A stretch of 63,697 bases of DNA, filler included, from Octopus bimaculoides (lineage: Eukaryota), in assembly GCF_001194135.2 (NCBI RefSeq). It is 5 parts of 5 records of this genome, joined end to end, with 100 filler letters (N's around TTAATTAATTAA, not from the genome) between each part and the next. Parts side by side here need not be neighbours in the genome. Positions count along the whole stretch, not along the records: positions 20,953 to 30,354 come from NC_069000.1; positions 30,455 to 42,115 come from NC_068993.1; 3 more parts are not named here. One strand, written 5' to 3'. Both the position numbers and the translations under genes were made by a program. Every line of letters begins with the position of its first letter. Within the stretch, counting starts at the first letter, position 1. Under the pieces are notes generated by a model. That model made no database searches and was not told the DNA's origin. It saw only the letters and a list, made by a program, of their open reading frames with translations. Positions 26,041-38,090 of the stretch are shown here, in pieces.

Positions 26041-27061
26041 TTATTCCAACAAATCGACGAACAATACCACGTTCAGCAATGAATCATACTGGAAATACAA
26101 TTCTGTTAGTTTCATTTCCGCACCAAACAGTTCCCGCAGATTTAATGCTCTTTCTCTCTCATCGCTGTGAAATAAATCTTCATCCGATTTTACTCTTGTT
26201 AAATTTTTTACTTTTGCGATCTTTTTTTCAATCTCTACATTCTTCTTATAAATTACCATCGTTCTTATATTCTGTCCTGTCGGTTTCTTTCTATTCCACA
26301 TGTGCGTTATTTTTTGATTTACCCTCTCCTTCCACTTCTTATATCTTTCTTTTTCACTCCTACTTGTCGGCTCCGGTTCCGGGGTTCGAATTGCACTCTC
26401 TTCCACTTTCTCTTGTGTTTTCGCTGCCTTTCTTTCTTTCTTTTTTTTTTGGACTTTTTGGCGGTGAATTCGCTCTTGTCCTTCTCTTGTTTGCCACTGT
26501 TTCTTCTTATCTTCCTCCACCACTGCTATTTCCATCTCTGCCTGGTTTTTCTCTAATTCATCTTGTTTATGGGGACACTTTGCCTGCATGTGTCCCCTAG
26601 AGGTCTTCCCTCCAGCAAGATCCTCATCGGAGAATACTAACTCCTTTACTATTTTATGCAAGTCTCGTAGGGTTATATAAACCACGACTTCTAATGGGTA
26701 ACCCCACCAATTAATCTCATTAGACTTCTCCACCTTAATTACTTCTGCTTCCTTTTCACAGTTATAGAGGATAGCTGCCACTAGCCATGCCTCGTCTATT
26801 TCCGGGGGCACTCTCCTTATCCTGACTCTTGCGGCTCGTTTTCCGTAGTAAGTTGGCAAGAGTGCCCACTTGGTCGTTCTCAAAGGCACCGTGGAGTGTC
26901 TTTTTGCTTCTTCTTCATTCACGAAACGCACCTCCACTGTGCCGTATTTCTTCCCTCTGGCGTAGAAAGTGATCACTTCTTTAACTTCCGCATACATTCC
27001 TCTATGGCTTCAATTTCTGCTACAACCGCACGTTTGGTTTCAACGTTCAATGTACGATACA
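26041..27061 (-). CDS. Gag/ORF1p-like nucleic-acid-binding protein (Tx1/L1-ORF1-like); N-terminus lies in the gap, probable frameshift near 26990
   Basis: 318-aa ORF: RRM-like GTVEVRFVNEEEAK and RVRIRRVPPEIDEAWL segments, half zinc knuckle GHMQAKCP (CxxC missing), K/E-rich coil. The upstream frame VYRTLNVETKRAVVAEIEAIEEC continues into the N gap. Confidence 0.6.
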
Positions 27062-28117
27062 CNNNNNNNNNNNNNNNNNNNNNNNNNNNNNNNNNNNNNN
27101 NNNNNNNNNNNNNNNNNNNNNNNNNNNNNNNNNNNNNNNNNNNNNNNNNNNNNNNNNNNNNNNNNNNNNNNNNNNNNNNNNNNNNNNNNNNNNNNNNNNN
27201 NNNNNNNNNNNNNNNNNNNNNNNNNNNNNNNNNNNNNNNNNNNNNNNNNNNNNNNNNNNNNNNNNNNNNNNNNNNNNNNNNNNNNNNNNNNNNNNNNNNN
27301 NNNNNNNNNNNNNNNNNNNNNNNNNNNNNNNNNNNNNNNNNNNNNNNNNNNNNNNNNNNNNNNNNNNNNNNNNNNNNNNNNNNNNNNNNNNNNNNNNNNN
27401 NNNNNNNNNNNNNNNNNNNNNNNNNNNNNNNNNNNNNNNNNNNNNNNNNNNNNNNNNNNNNNNNNNNNNNNNNNNNNNNNNNNNNNNNNNNNNNNNNNNN
27501 NNNNNNNNNNNNNNNNNNNNNNNNNNNNNNNNNNNNNNNNNNNNNNNNNNNNNNNNNNNNNNCTGCCAGCTTCCATATCTTCACCCAAAAATGGGGAAGA
27601 AAGAAGCAAATTCAATAATAATTAACAATTTTCAAATTCCAACAATAACAATTTCAAAAATCCAATTTCAACACTCACCGCTCGCAGTCAACAACGCTAT
27701 CTCAAACCAAATCAACGTAGCCGAACCCAGCAAGCGTCGCTGCTGACCGTCTGTTCGAAAGTTTATTTACTTATATTCAGTAGAATACATCCACTCGTTT
27801 TCAAAAATCGAAATATTAATATTTCTAAATCTCTCTAAAGGAGACAACGGCAGCGGTACTGGATATTAATAGTTAACGCCAAGCTAACATGGCAGTCCAG
27901 GAAAATAGGACGAGTGCTGGGTTCGGCTACTCCACATTGATTATACTATGTATACTGTATATGTTGCACCTATCTCATAATACGTTAACTTTATTGTTCC
28001 ATTATTATATTTATTAATTACAATGTGGATTTGTCTATTCATAACTAAATACTTACAACTAATCTTTTCATTGTTTTCAAACAAAATTTGGTCCTATCTC
28101 CACCTATNNNNNNNNNN

Positions 28118-30250
28118 ACATAAAGACGAAGACAGAAAACGAACTTTTTTTCGAACAACGAAAAAAACAAACAGAGAAACGTGACATGCAATATAAAGAA
28201 TATTTCCCTTCTTCAGTTGTCCCTGTTCCATCTACTCCGCGTTTCGAAGGCAAGGACAATACGCGACTTCGCTGGAACAGTCCTTCCCGCAAAGCAAATT
28301 AATTAAATTCGGAATTTTTTGCGGAGGGTGAAAGTGTAAATAAGAACAGGACAGTGAGAACAAGTCAGTAAAAGACAGTAAAAACAAGACAGAACAGTGA
28401 AAACAAACGGTAACGGCTGTTAGGTGAAGACGATAGAAAAATTATTATTTTGAACGCGAAGTTAGATGTGAATGAGAGACAAAAAATTCACGTCTTCACT
28501 ATAGGAATGCAGGAAGTAGAAGGAAAGAATCCCTTTCGTCAGCGACGAGAGGGTCAAGGAAGAGGAGTGAGAGAGAGGGAACGGTGAAAGGAAGAGAAGA
28601 ATAGGGAAAGGTTGGGAGATCAAATTAAACATTATCCCCTCCATTCTTCCAGCATTGTATTAATTAAATATTTTATTTTTTTCTTTCTCTTTTTGGTAGA
28701 ATGTTTTAATATTTTGGTTATAAATCTACTTACCTTATTATTTAATATAGTATTTTTTACTTCATACCTAGCACACCTCTCTAAGAATATATAATATGCG
28801 AATTTTCTATCTAGCCCAATCTATTTATTTGCTTTGCTCAATTGATTATTAATTATCTCCCCTTGACTGTTTATTTTCCGTTGTATAATTTTACTTATCT
28901 CCTAGTAAGCAAACTAACAACTTTTATAACTCTTGTATAGCGCCTTCTCTCTCTTTAAACGCATATGTATAATAATTTTAAAGTTTTTTTTTATCTATTT
29001 ACACGAATATTTGCATTCATCGGTTCGTATTTTGTGTATGTCCCTAATTTAGCTTGTTCCTAGTTTTTCGTAAGCTCTTCTACTCAAAATCAAATTTATT
29101 GTACTATATGAACCAAACCTGTAGCTATTTCCTAACTCACTGTAACTAACAATTATTTAGTTCTACCTGTTTCCGCTTTCGTATGTCTCTAAATTTGATT
29201 ATTCCTAGATTTTCTTTAGCCATTCACCTCTATATGAATACCTACTTCCGGTTTTGAGAGCTTTATATTTAACTATTTAAATATTTTAATTAAAAGTTTT
29301 AATTTAACTTGTTTAATTGACCCATATTTAAGTCATTATCACTTTTATTAGTTTATTTTTATTCCCTTTAAGTCTTATCTTTCTATTTATCTATTTATGT
29401 TAAATACCATATCTCCATACCTTAACAACTTAACATATTTACATCCGGTATCTCACTATACGAACGCTGCATATTTGAAATCTTTAAATTAAATTTTGTC
29501 CAATAGTTCTTTATCTTTATTAGTCTAGCTCAGTAACAAATTTTTAAGGGGTGAAAGGTAATAATTTATAATCCTTTATTCATTTATTTATTTCTCTCTC
29601 TATTTTCACTCCTTACACTATCTATTTTGATTTATTTACTTTACTTTATACATATTTTTATTTATAATTTTTATGTACCCTGACGTTAAGTTAATATTCT
29701 TATTGGTCTTTTATCTATTTCGATATTTATAATAAGTAATAGATTGCCTGAATGTCTTCCACCTTAATTAAATATTAGTAACTACACACGCTTGAATTAA
29801 ACTCTATATACTAATTTTGTATTGACTTAATAAGAATAGACAAGAATAGCACAATATGACATTTTTACCAATTATATTTACTAGAGCTTTCTTATACTTA
29901 ACACTCCAGATGAATATGTTGTTTTACAACTACATTATACACAACCTTACTCCCCTTCTAAGGTCTCTACCATTGTTATAATCTGTTCTTCATGTATAAA
30001 TTTTAGTAGTTAACGCTTTTCAGCAGGAATTGAACACCTATTTTGTATATCTTTGTCTATCTTTGAAGAGATTCGACTTTCAAATAATATTTAATTTAAT
30101 TAATTACTTTTCTGAGAGTCTGAATTGAAACAGCTGTAAGGGATGTTTTTTAATTAATGTATAATATTTTATTAATTACCTCTCTATTTTCTCAACTTAT
30201 TATTATAATAAATAAATATATATAAACCACAGTTTTGCAGTTGAGTATTA
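28118..30250 (-). mobile_element. Probable highly decayed Penelope-like element remnant
   Basis: Degenerate hammerhead-like motifs on minus near 28180-28300 (ccttc-gaaacgc; ctgaagaaggg) and on plus near 30110-30140 (ctga-ga...gaaacagctgtaagg), with an AT-rich broken ORF-like interior. No diagnostic protein motif. Confidence 0.35.
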
Positions 30251-30576
30251 AATATAATGTTCAATATTCTTTGCATAGATAACTAAACAGTACTTTCATA
30301 GGATTTTGCTATCCCTGAATGAGGTTTGTAACCTTTAATTGTGGTTACATATATNNNNNNNNNNNNNNNNNNNNNNNNNNNNNNNNNNNNNNNNNNNNTT
30401 AATTAATTAANNNNNNNNNNNNNNNNNNNNNNNNNNNNNNNNNNNNNNNNNNNNTTTCTTCCTCTGTTTAGACGAACTTTCCTACCTTTTCGGACAAAAC
30501 CTTTTGTAACCTTCGTCCTGTCTTTGTCCTTATATGTTTTTAATTGATATTAGCCCTTGTGGCCAATAAAACGAAT

Positions 30577-30578
30577 TA

Positions 30579-30659
<81 letters not shown>
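30577..30659. repeat. (TTA)n tract, the (AAT)n tail of the minus-strand R4 fragment
   Basis: Direct reading. Confidence 0.95.
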
Positions 30660-30662
<3 letters not shown>

Positions 30663-31522
30663 TAGTCTTATTTTTTTCACGTGCCTTCACTGCACTACCG
30701 AGTACAGCACTGTGTGTGTTGGGTTTGTGCTGTGGTTTGTTGTGCTGCCCTTATTTTCACTGTATTTAAAGTGTTTTACGTAAGATGTGTGCGGTACCTA
30801 GTAGTGCTATTTTCTGTATGGCATATATACTTGTAAGTCCTGGGGTTTTTGTTATGTATTTGTTTGTATGTTTTTTATCATGACTAATGCACATACCATA
30901 GTAGGAATTGTTTCTGTTTTTAGGCTCCTCATTCGAATTACCTCTATTTCCAGATCTGTGTATTTTGAAAATTTCTCCGTTTCTTTTAGAGAAACGTTGT
31001 CATCTGTTGGTATTGATACATCGATTAGAAAGCATTTTTTTCTTGGTGATTTCTGACAACTATATCTGGCGAATTGACCTTAATTTCTCTGTGTGTATTG
31101 GCGTATGTCAGAATATGTTTGCTTTCCCATTTTCTGTGACCTTTTCTGGGATGTGCGTATGCCATTTTTTTCTGTTGTTATTCCATAATTCTGGCATAGC
31201 TTCCAGTGTATATAGGTCCCAACTCTGTCGTGTCTGTGAATATATTCCTTCTTAGCTAGGACTGGGCAGCCAGAGACAATATGACTAATTGTTTCTTCTC
31301 CATCACGACATATTCTGCAGTTACTTGTATTTCTTTTCATTACGTGTTTCTGGTGATTTCTGGTGGGAAGGATTTGGTCTTGTGTTGCATTTAAAAATCC
31401 TTCAGTCTCTTCTTTGAGTCCTATGCTCCTCCGCTATTGTTGCGATTTTGCTCTGTCCATTTCTTTTCTGTTTAGCTTAACTTTAATGCTTGCCATGTAG
31501 GGGCTTTTCTTGCCACAGTTTT
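30660..31522 (-). mobile_element. R4/Dong-type LINE 3' fragment B (CCHC + RLE + 3' UTR)
   Basis: KLWQEKPLHGKH...GLKEETEGFLNATQDQILPTRN...CRICRDGEETISHIVSGCPVLAKKEYIHRHDRVG...FLIDVSIPTDDN...IQKIALLGTAHILRKTL. Confidence 0.88.
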
Positions 31523-32055
31523 ATCATAATGACGGTATATGCTCCTGTACAAGTATTGGCCAACTCGATCATGCCTGGTTTTATAATCTGTAGGGGCAAG
31601 GTCTGAGCAGCCGACGACAACGTGGTCAATACTCTCAAGTTTGTCATTGCAGGGTCTACACTTTGTGTCTATCTCATTGTGTGTGACATTAGCTAGATAG
31701 TTCAGAGTGAAGAGACTCTGTTTTTGTGCCGCTAGGATTAACCCTTCTGTTTTAGATTTTAAACCTACACTCTGCAGCCCCTGATGGGATCTTCTATCTA
31801 TATTAGCTTCCCCAGCTCAGTTGCGGTATTGCCCATGCGATGGTCTTTCTTTCCACAGTCTTGATATTTCCTTCAAGCTTTCTTGTTTGGCTTTTGTTTT
31901 ACACTTTTTTGCTGCCTTAGTGGGTGACGTGTCTTCCTTATCATCATCATAATCAGGGTGGTTAAAATCACGTTTGTATTTATATGCCTCATTTGAGATT
32001 GAGTGCAGTTTCTTACTCTGCCCGTGTACACAATATCTGTTCATCACTTCAAAAA
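31523..32055 (-). mobile_element. R4/Dong-type LINE internal fragment A (post-RT + CCHC), different subfamily
   Basis: RLWKERPSHGQY...GLKSKTEGLILAAQ...CRPCNDKLESIDHVVVGCSDLAPTDYKTRHDRVGQYL; it stops before the RLE domain. Confidence 0.85.
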
Positions 32056-32059
32056 GTCA

Positions 32060-32112
<53 letters not shown>

Positions 32113-32345
32113 NNNNNNNNNNAATATCTAAGCAACCAGGGGATAGTTAAATCCGAAAGCACTCCTGGAGATTACTTGTGTGGGTACCATCTTTGTTAGA
32201 AGGTATCCAGAGGCAGGTAATTTATTGTTTAAACCGCTGTTTATAATTATAATTAAGTGGAGAATGGAGAAACAAACACAAGAAGAAGCAAGTCAATTGG
32301 GCTAGTTAGCCATTGATTTAATTATGTGGAGATTATATAATGAGT

Positions 32346-32397
32346 CATTTACGATCGTTTTGATGTGCCAAATGGTTTGGCAAATCTCTTCAGAATG
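32346..32397 (-). ncRNA. Hammerhead ribozyme motif with GAAA>AAAA lesion
   Basis: CATT-CTGAAGA-GAT.TGCCA..TGGCA.ATC-AAAA-CGATCGTA^-AATG; palindromic stem III ACGATCGT. Confidence 0.6.
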
Positions 32398-33722
32398 TTG
32401 AGAAATATGTTAAAGTTCATGGTATGAGAGATGCAGGAGTAACAGCTAGTGGATATAGTAATGCATATAGTGGTATAAAAATAGAGTAAGGTAAAGTTAG
32501 TCTTACATTTTAGTTGAAGTTGTGTGAATAGTCTTTTTGCGAAGGAGAGGTAGGATGGGTGCTGTTCAAGCTCGTAGTTCCAATTTTGGTCAAACGCATT
32601 ACGCACGTGTTTGTTTTTTAAAATTCAAGCATGTGTCTTTTACTTTTAGCACCGGCGGTGTTAGTAAAGGGGAGTTTTGGTGAAAAGGGAGCTAACTCTG
32701 ACCTTATTAATATTTAATTATAATTAATTATACTTAGAAAAGGAAAATTCTTTTTTACATATTTAATTATACTTAGAAGGTGGAATGTTTACATATTTAA
32801 TTATACTTAGAAAATGAATATTTTGTAGTGTGTAAACAAATTAGTCATTTTCATATCGTTTCTTTACAATATGCTTTGTAGCCGTTAGGATTTTGAGGCG
32901 TTCAGTTAGACAGAAGTCACAACGTCTGTTAGTTGGGTTACAAGAATTTGCTGCTTTTAGTATGTGCCATTTTAGTTTATATTCTATCGTATTGTCTTTT
33001 AATTCCCAGATGTAGCTACTAAGTCCTGTTGAATTTGCCTTTTTCCTATTTTTAAAGCTAGATTGGTGCTCATTGAATCTGAGGCGTATTTGGTTTTTCG
33101 TGGCGCCAATGTAGGATCTAATATGGCCGTTTGTGTGTACGTCGCATTGGTAAACTACATTTTCGGTCTTACATCTATTGGAGAAATTACATTTATTCCT
33201 ATCTCTACAGCTACATGAATTATAAGGTGTGTCTATGTCTGTGTGTTGTTGTGTGACCCTGTTGTTTTTTTTGGTGTGTGTCTCTCCGAACAAGGGGTGT
33301 TGGATTAGGGTTGGGGTTTGTTCTATTAATTGGACGGTTGTTAGCTTGGTTGTTCGTGGTCTTTCTAGCTGGATAGAATGCGTCTAATTTTTTATTATTA
33401 ATAGATGCTATGATGGTAGCTAAGTTGCATGTCAGGCGGTGGCCTATTCTTATTTTGTTCTTAAATATTGCTGCGTATTTATTATTTACATTTAGATGTT
33501 TAATTATTATGTTCATTAATGAACGGACTATGTTAGATTTGAGGTTCATGGTGTAGGGAATAATTGGCCAGATCGTATCCCTATTGTTCTTATTGTTATT
33601 ACGGCTATGTCTGGTATAGAACCTGCCATCATAGCTGGGAAGGCTAGTGAATTTGTCTTTATGGCTATCTAATTTATTTCTATAGTTAGGTTTATTTTTA
33701 ATATGTGTGTTATCGGTGCTAA

Positions 33723-33774
33723 CATTCTGAGAAGATCTGCCAAACCATTTGGCACATCGAAACGATCGTAAATG
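33723..33774 (+). ncRNA. Hammerhead ribozyme motif with CTGAAGA>CTGAGAA lesion
   Basis: CATT-CTGAGAA-GATCTGCCA..TGGCACATC-GAAA-CGATCGTA^-AATG; inverted copy of 32346-32397. Confidence 0.6.
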
Positions 33775-34555
33775 ACTCATTATATAATCTCCACATAATT
33801 AAATCAATGGCTAANNNNNNNNNNNNNNNNNNNNNNNNNNNNNNNNNNNNNNNNNNNNNNNNNNNNNNNNNNNNNNNNNNNNNNNNNNNNNNNNNNNNNN
33901 NNNNNNNNNNNNNNNNNNNNNNNNNNNNNNNNNNNNNNNNNNNNNNNNNNNNNNNNNNNNNNNNNNNNNNNNNNNNNNNNNNNNNNNNNNNNNNNNNNNN
34001 NNNNNNNNNNNNNNNNNNNNNNNNNNNNNNNNNNNNNNNNNNNNNNNNNNNNNNNNNNNNNNNNNNNNNNNNNNNNNNNNNNNNNNNNNNNNNNNNNNNN
34101 NNNNNNNNNNNNNNNNNNNNNNNNNNNNNNNNNNNNNNNNNNNNNNNNNNNNNNNNNNNNNNNNNNNNNNNNNNNNNNNNNNNNNNNNNNNNNNNNNNNN
34201 NNNNNNNNNNNNNNNNNNNNNNNNNNNNNNNNNNNNNNNNNNNNNNNNNNNNNNNNNNNNNNNNNNNNNNNNNNNNNNNNNNNNNNNNNNNNNNNNNNNN
34301 NNNNNNNNNNNNNNNNNNNNNNNNNNNNNNNNNNNNNNNNNNNNNNNNNNNNNNNNNNNNNNNNNNNNNNNNNNNNNNNNNNNNNNNNNNNNNNNNNNNN
34401 NNNNNNNNNNNNNNNNNNNNNNNNNNNNNNNNNNNNNNNNNNNNNNNNNNNNNNNNNNNNNNNNNNNNNNNNNNNNNNNNNNNNNNNNNNNNNNNNNNNN
34501 NNNNNNNNNNNNNNNNNNNNNNNNNNNNNNNNATATATATATATATACATACATA

Positions 34556-34833
34556 CTAGCAGAAATACCCGGCGTTGCCTGGGTTAGAGAAAATAATGAA
34601 ATTTAAAAATGCCGTCTAGATTATGCAGGTCTCAACTGCTAGTTGCTAAGATACTAACTTTGTACGTAACTCTGCAACCCATGCCAACATGGAAAATAAG
34701 CGTTAAGTGAAATGTGAAAAGAAAGTTTTCAACTCATATATAAAGCAAATATACGTTTGTCTAACTTATTTCGTAGTCAAAATAACAGGTACAGATTATA
34801 AAAAATGAAAGGAAATGCATAGAGTACACACAC

Positions 34834-34872
<39 letters not shown>

Positions 34873-36500
34873 ACACAGCCAACATATTACTTTATTGTTT
34901 CACTAATATACACACAGATATACATTCACGCATGTCAGTCGAAAAGTGATTGTGTAATAGTAATATTTTAGCCCTCAATGGTTTTACACTTCTGTATATG
35001 ACATGGACCTACTATGCATCTAAGTTCTTCATGTACTGTGTTTTCTGTCTTGCCATGTTTATCATTGAGAATGTAGAGGTTCTTTTCATCTCCAACTTTA
35101 GAACATTTAACATATACCTGACCATGTGAGAAGCAAGGTTGAAGGAGGTTAAGTCCCACAACGTTTAGAGATTGAGCTTGTGCTTTATTGATAGACATTG
35201 CAACGCTAAGTTTGAGAGGAAACAGCAGTCTCTTGAACTGAAAGGGGAGATCATTTGAGATGAGAGTTATCCTTGGAATGAAGACATTCTCACTTATCTT
35301 GTTGCCATGATGAAGAGGTTTCTCAGCTGCATAGGAGACTTGCACATTTGTGCCTCTGTCAAAGTGGTATCCCAGTGTTCATCATCTTCCAGAAGACATC
35401 TGAGATGGCAAGCCTGGCGATATGTTTGACATTCTGTGTTATCAACGTAAGGCGGTAAATGAGGTGGGTCCCTTGACATGGTGTAATGGAAGCCTTAGAT
35501 AGTAGCACTCTGAGTAGTTGGGATGGACAACATAGACTTTGCCAAGTGTGTCTTATTTCTTGATTCCTGGATGATGTGTGGGTTCTCCAAGTGTACGTCT
35601 TTTCCATTAGTTTTGGTACCAGGTATAGAATTGTGGAACGTCATCGTATAGCAGCCTTGCTGTTGGCGCATTAAACCTCCCTCCATGTTGATCAGATGGT
35701 TTCTTGTCTGATCTGATTAACTACCTTGTAATCCATGGAGTCAGGAAGAATTGTTTCAAGTACAGTCTTGAACCTTCTGATCACGTTGTTGTATGCAGTA
35801 TCTTTTGCAGAGACAATACAATGTTCATCCTGATGCCGGAAATGTTCTTGTTCTTCTTGTTGAGAATCACCTATAAAAATAATATTTGAAGGAATTTTGG
35901 TGATTCATTTGACAGAGGTAGTAGAGAGTCAATCCGATGATAAATCTGGCCTTAGACCTTGAGATTTTGTATGAATCCTGGCTCAGTTGTATCTCTTATG
36001 GCTCCAAATGATGTCATCTGTAGTGCAGCATTGTACTGTCTAATTTTGTTTTGGAAGTGCTTGGAATTTTGGTCAGTTGATGACAACAGTTTCTTCAATG
36101 GCTCTGGAGGTTGGGGGATTGCAGGGAGTTTAACCTTTCCCACCACTGCAGCACAGTGCAGGTGTTTCTCCAGACTACTTCTTTGCTTTACAATGTATGC
36201 ACTCATTTGTCATTGCACCAATATAAATTCTAGTGTCATCTGCATAATGAAGTGCTGAATCATAACTGAAAGCTGCTTCATAGAAGTTGCTTCTCTGAGC
36301 TGTTGCAATTGCTCTTCGTTCTGCAGTGGAGATCCCATTCCTTGTCAGTCATGCATACCTCTGTTCATCACTTTAAGATGCTCTGACCTTTGTAGTGCAC
36401 TGTCTGTTCGTTTCTTGGCATGCCTCCCTTTCTGCAGCTATCTCTCTTTACCTGCACAGAGATATTCTTTTGGCTGACCTTGGTATTGTAGACAAATTGG
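34556..36500 (-). mobile_element. Internally deleted Helitron (RepHel pieces + intact 3' terminus)
   Basis: GKVKLPAIPQPPEPLKKLL...KHFQNKIRQYNAALQMTSFG; TYRQACHLRCLLEDDEHWDTTL; PIF1 C-terminus VFIPRI..DLPFQFKR..FP...AMSINKAQ...FSHGQVYV. 3' end: hairpin cccaggcaacgccggg then tatttctgCTAG|T at 34556. Confidence 0.92.
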
Positions 36501-36539
36501 CATAACTACATATGTCTGACCCCACCCCCACCCCAATAG

Positions 36540-37226
36540 GGATGATCATAACTTTAAAAAAAAAATGGATATTTTTAAATAAAACTTTCTACAAATATGT
36601 TATATCATGTAGATTCCGAATATACAAAATTTTTTTGGGGGTAAGTATTTTAGGAGGGGCTGGGGAACTTCTGAAAATTTACCGGAGTCCACTTCAATTC
36701 GTCTTAACTTTCAAGAAAATGGATATTTCTTAATGAAATTCTCTACAAATATACCTCGGACTATGTAGATTCCGAGAACATAGGGATTTATGGGAAAAAC
36801 AATTGGGTATTATTTTTAAGAACGGTTCACCACTCGGGGGTGTTTCGGAACAAGTCGTTCATATTTGTTTCATTTTCTCTGTTTTGTGCGTTTGTGCATC
36901 TGTAGATTTCTACTGAAGCTATAAACAAGCAATGAAGGTAAATGAAGCCAGATAACTCGTTATGCTAAAAATAACATCTGAAGGGCTGGCACACAGAAAT
37001 ATGTTATTAAGACGACTTATCTGTTGCATACGATTAAAAAAAAAAAAACGTCTATTTTCTTGAAAGGTAAGACGAAATGAAATGAACTCCGGTGAAATTT
37101 CAGAAATTCTCCCTCCTAAAACACTTACTCCCAACAAATTTTGTATATTCGGAATCGACATGATATAACATATTAGTAGAAAATTTTATTAAAAAATATC
37201 CATTTTTCTGAAAGTTATGATCATCC
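36540..37226. repeat. Long inverted repeat (about 175-180-bp arms) upstream of the Helitron ORF
   Basis: 36540-36720 matches the reverse complement of 37054-37226 closely; a partial direct copy follows at about 36716-36775. Confidence 0.85.
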
Positions 37227-38059
37227 AAATTGGGCAGAAATCTGTAGTTATGCCGACAAATGTGACATTGTCCTTCTAGGCATGGTTATATATGTATACA
37301 AAAAAAAACACGAGTGCAGAAGATAGTAAACAATGAAAATAACTTGGTAACGGAAATTATGTCTCTTAATACGACGGGCAGAAAGTAAATAAGAAATTTT
37401 AACAGAAAATAATGTATTGTACGTGTTGAAGCGAAATTTGTCACTCTCACTCAGTGAACCAAAGAGCCAGTATCGACGGAACCAGACAGAAACTGTCAAC
37501 AACAGAAAAACACAAAACTGTAAGGATTGAAATGAAATTTATGAAAGTACTTCTGTCAGTAAATTATGAAATTATTTACATCAGTAATTATGAATATCTT
37601 TCTGTCAGTAATTTGTCGTTGTTTTTTTGTAAATAGCGATTGAAAACTAAGACTTATAGTGACAACAATAACATGGAAGTTAAGCAATGGCGTATGAAGA
37701 TTGAAAGTGAAAAGAATAGCGTCTGAAAAATGAAAGTGAAAGCAAAAGATATAGATAGAGAGATATGTTACAGAGAGATAGAGATAGATAGAGAGAGATG
37801 GATAGAGAGATATACATAAAGAGATATGTTACGTCACTGACGCTAGAAAACCGGAAGTAAATGTTTCAAAATCTTTCATAGACGTGAATGTAATATAAAA
37901 AACAATATTAAAAAAAAATTTTAATAACGTTTAATAAAAAAATCAAATGAACAGCCTGTTATTTGACCGAGGTCAAATTATTCATGCATCAAAAATATGA
38001 AAGCAATTGGTGGAGGCATTTTTGCGTCAAAAGTGAATACGCATATATATCTATTTTAC

Positions 38060-38090
<31 letters not shown>

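Larger units (their letters stand above)
25529..27941 (-). mobile_element. Gag/ORF1-only retroelement-like unit with direct and inverted terminal repeats and a hammerhead ribozyme
   Basis: About 120-135-bp direct repeats at 25529-25650 and 27806-27941; perfect 27-bp inverted repeat at 25791-25817 / 27915-27941; 16-bp internal copy at 27717-27732; a single minus-strand ORF; hammerhead at 25758-25801. Confidence 0.7.
32124..33814 (-). mobile_element. 5'-truncated Penelope-like element (RT-EN linker + GIY-YIG) with inverted pseudo-LTR
   Basis: CRDRNKC....CKTENVVYQC...SYIGATKNQIRLRFNEHQSSF...STGLSSYIWELK...KWHILK...C.FCLTE; 94-bp inverted repeat at 32306-32399 / 33721-33814. Confidence 0.88.

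Noticed and set aside
25791-27941. DNA transposon (TIR) or DIRS/Ngaro interpretation of the 27-bp inverted repeat
   Set aside because: No transposase, tyrosine recombinase or RT, and no clear TSD. The repeat overlaps a hammerhead arm, which fits pLTR inversion better. Not fully excluded because of the N gap.
33804-34559. Long ORFs of X residues (also 5468-5989, 37963-38846, 42916-43767, 61244-61553)
   Set aside because: Artefacts of N gaps.
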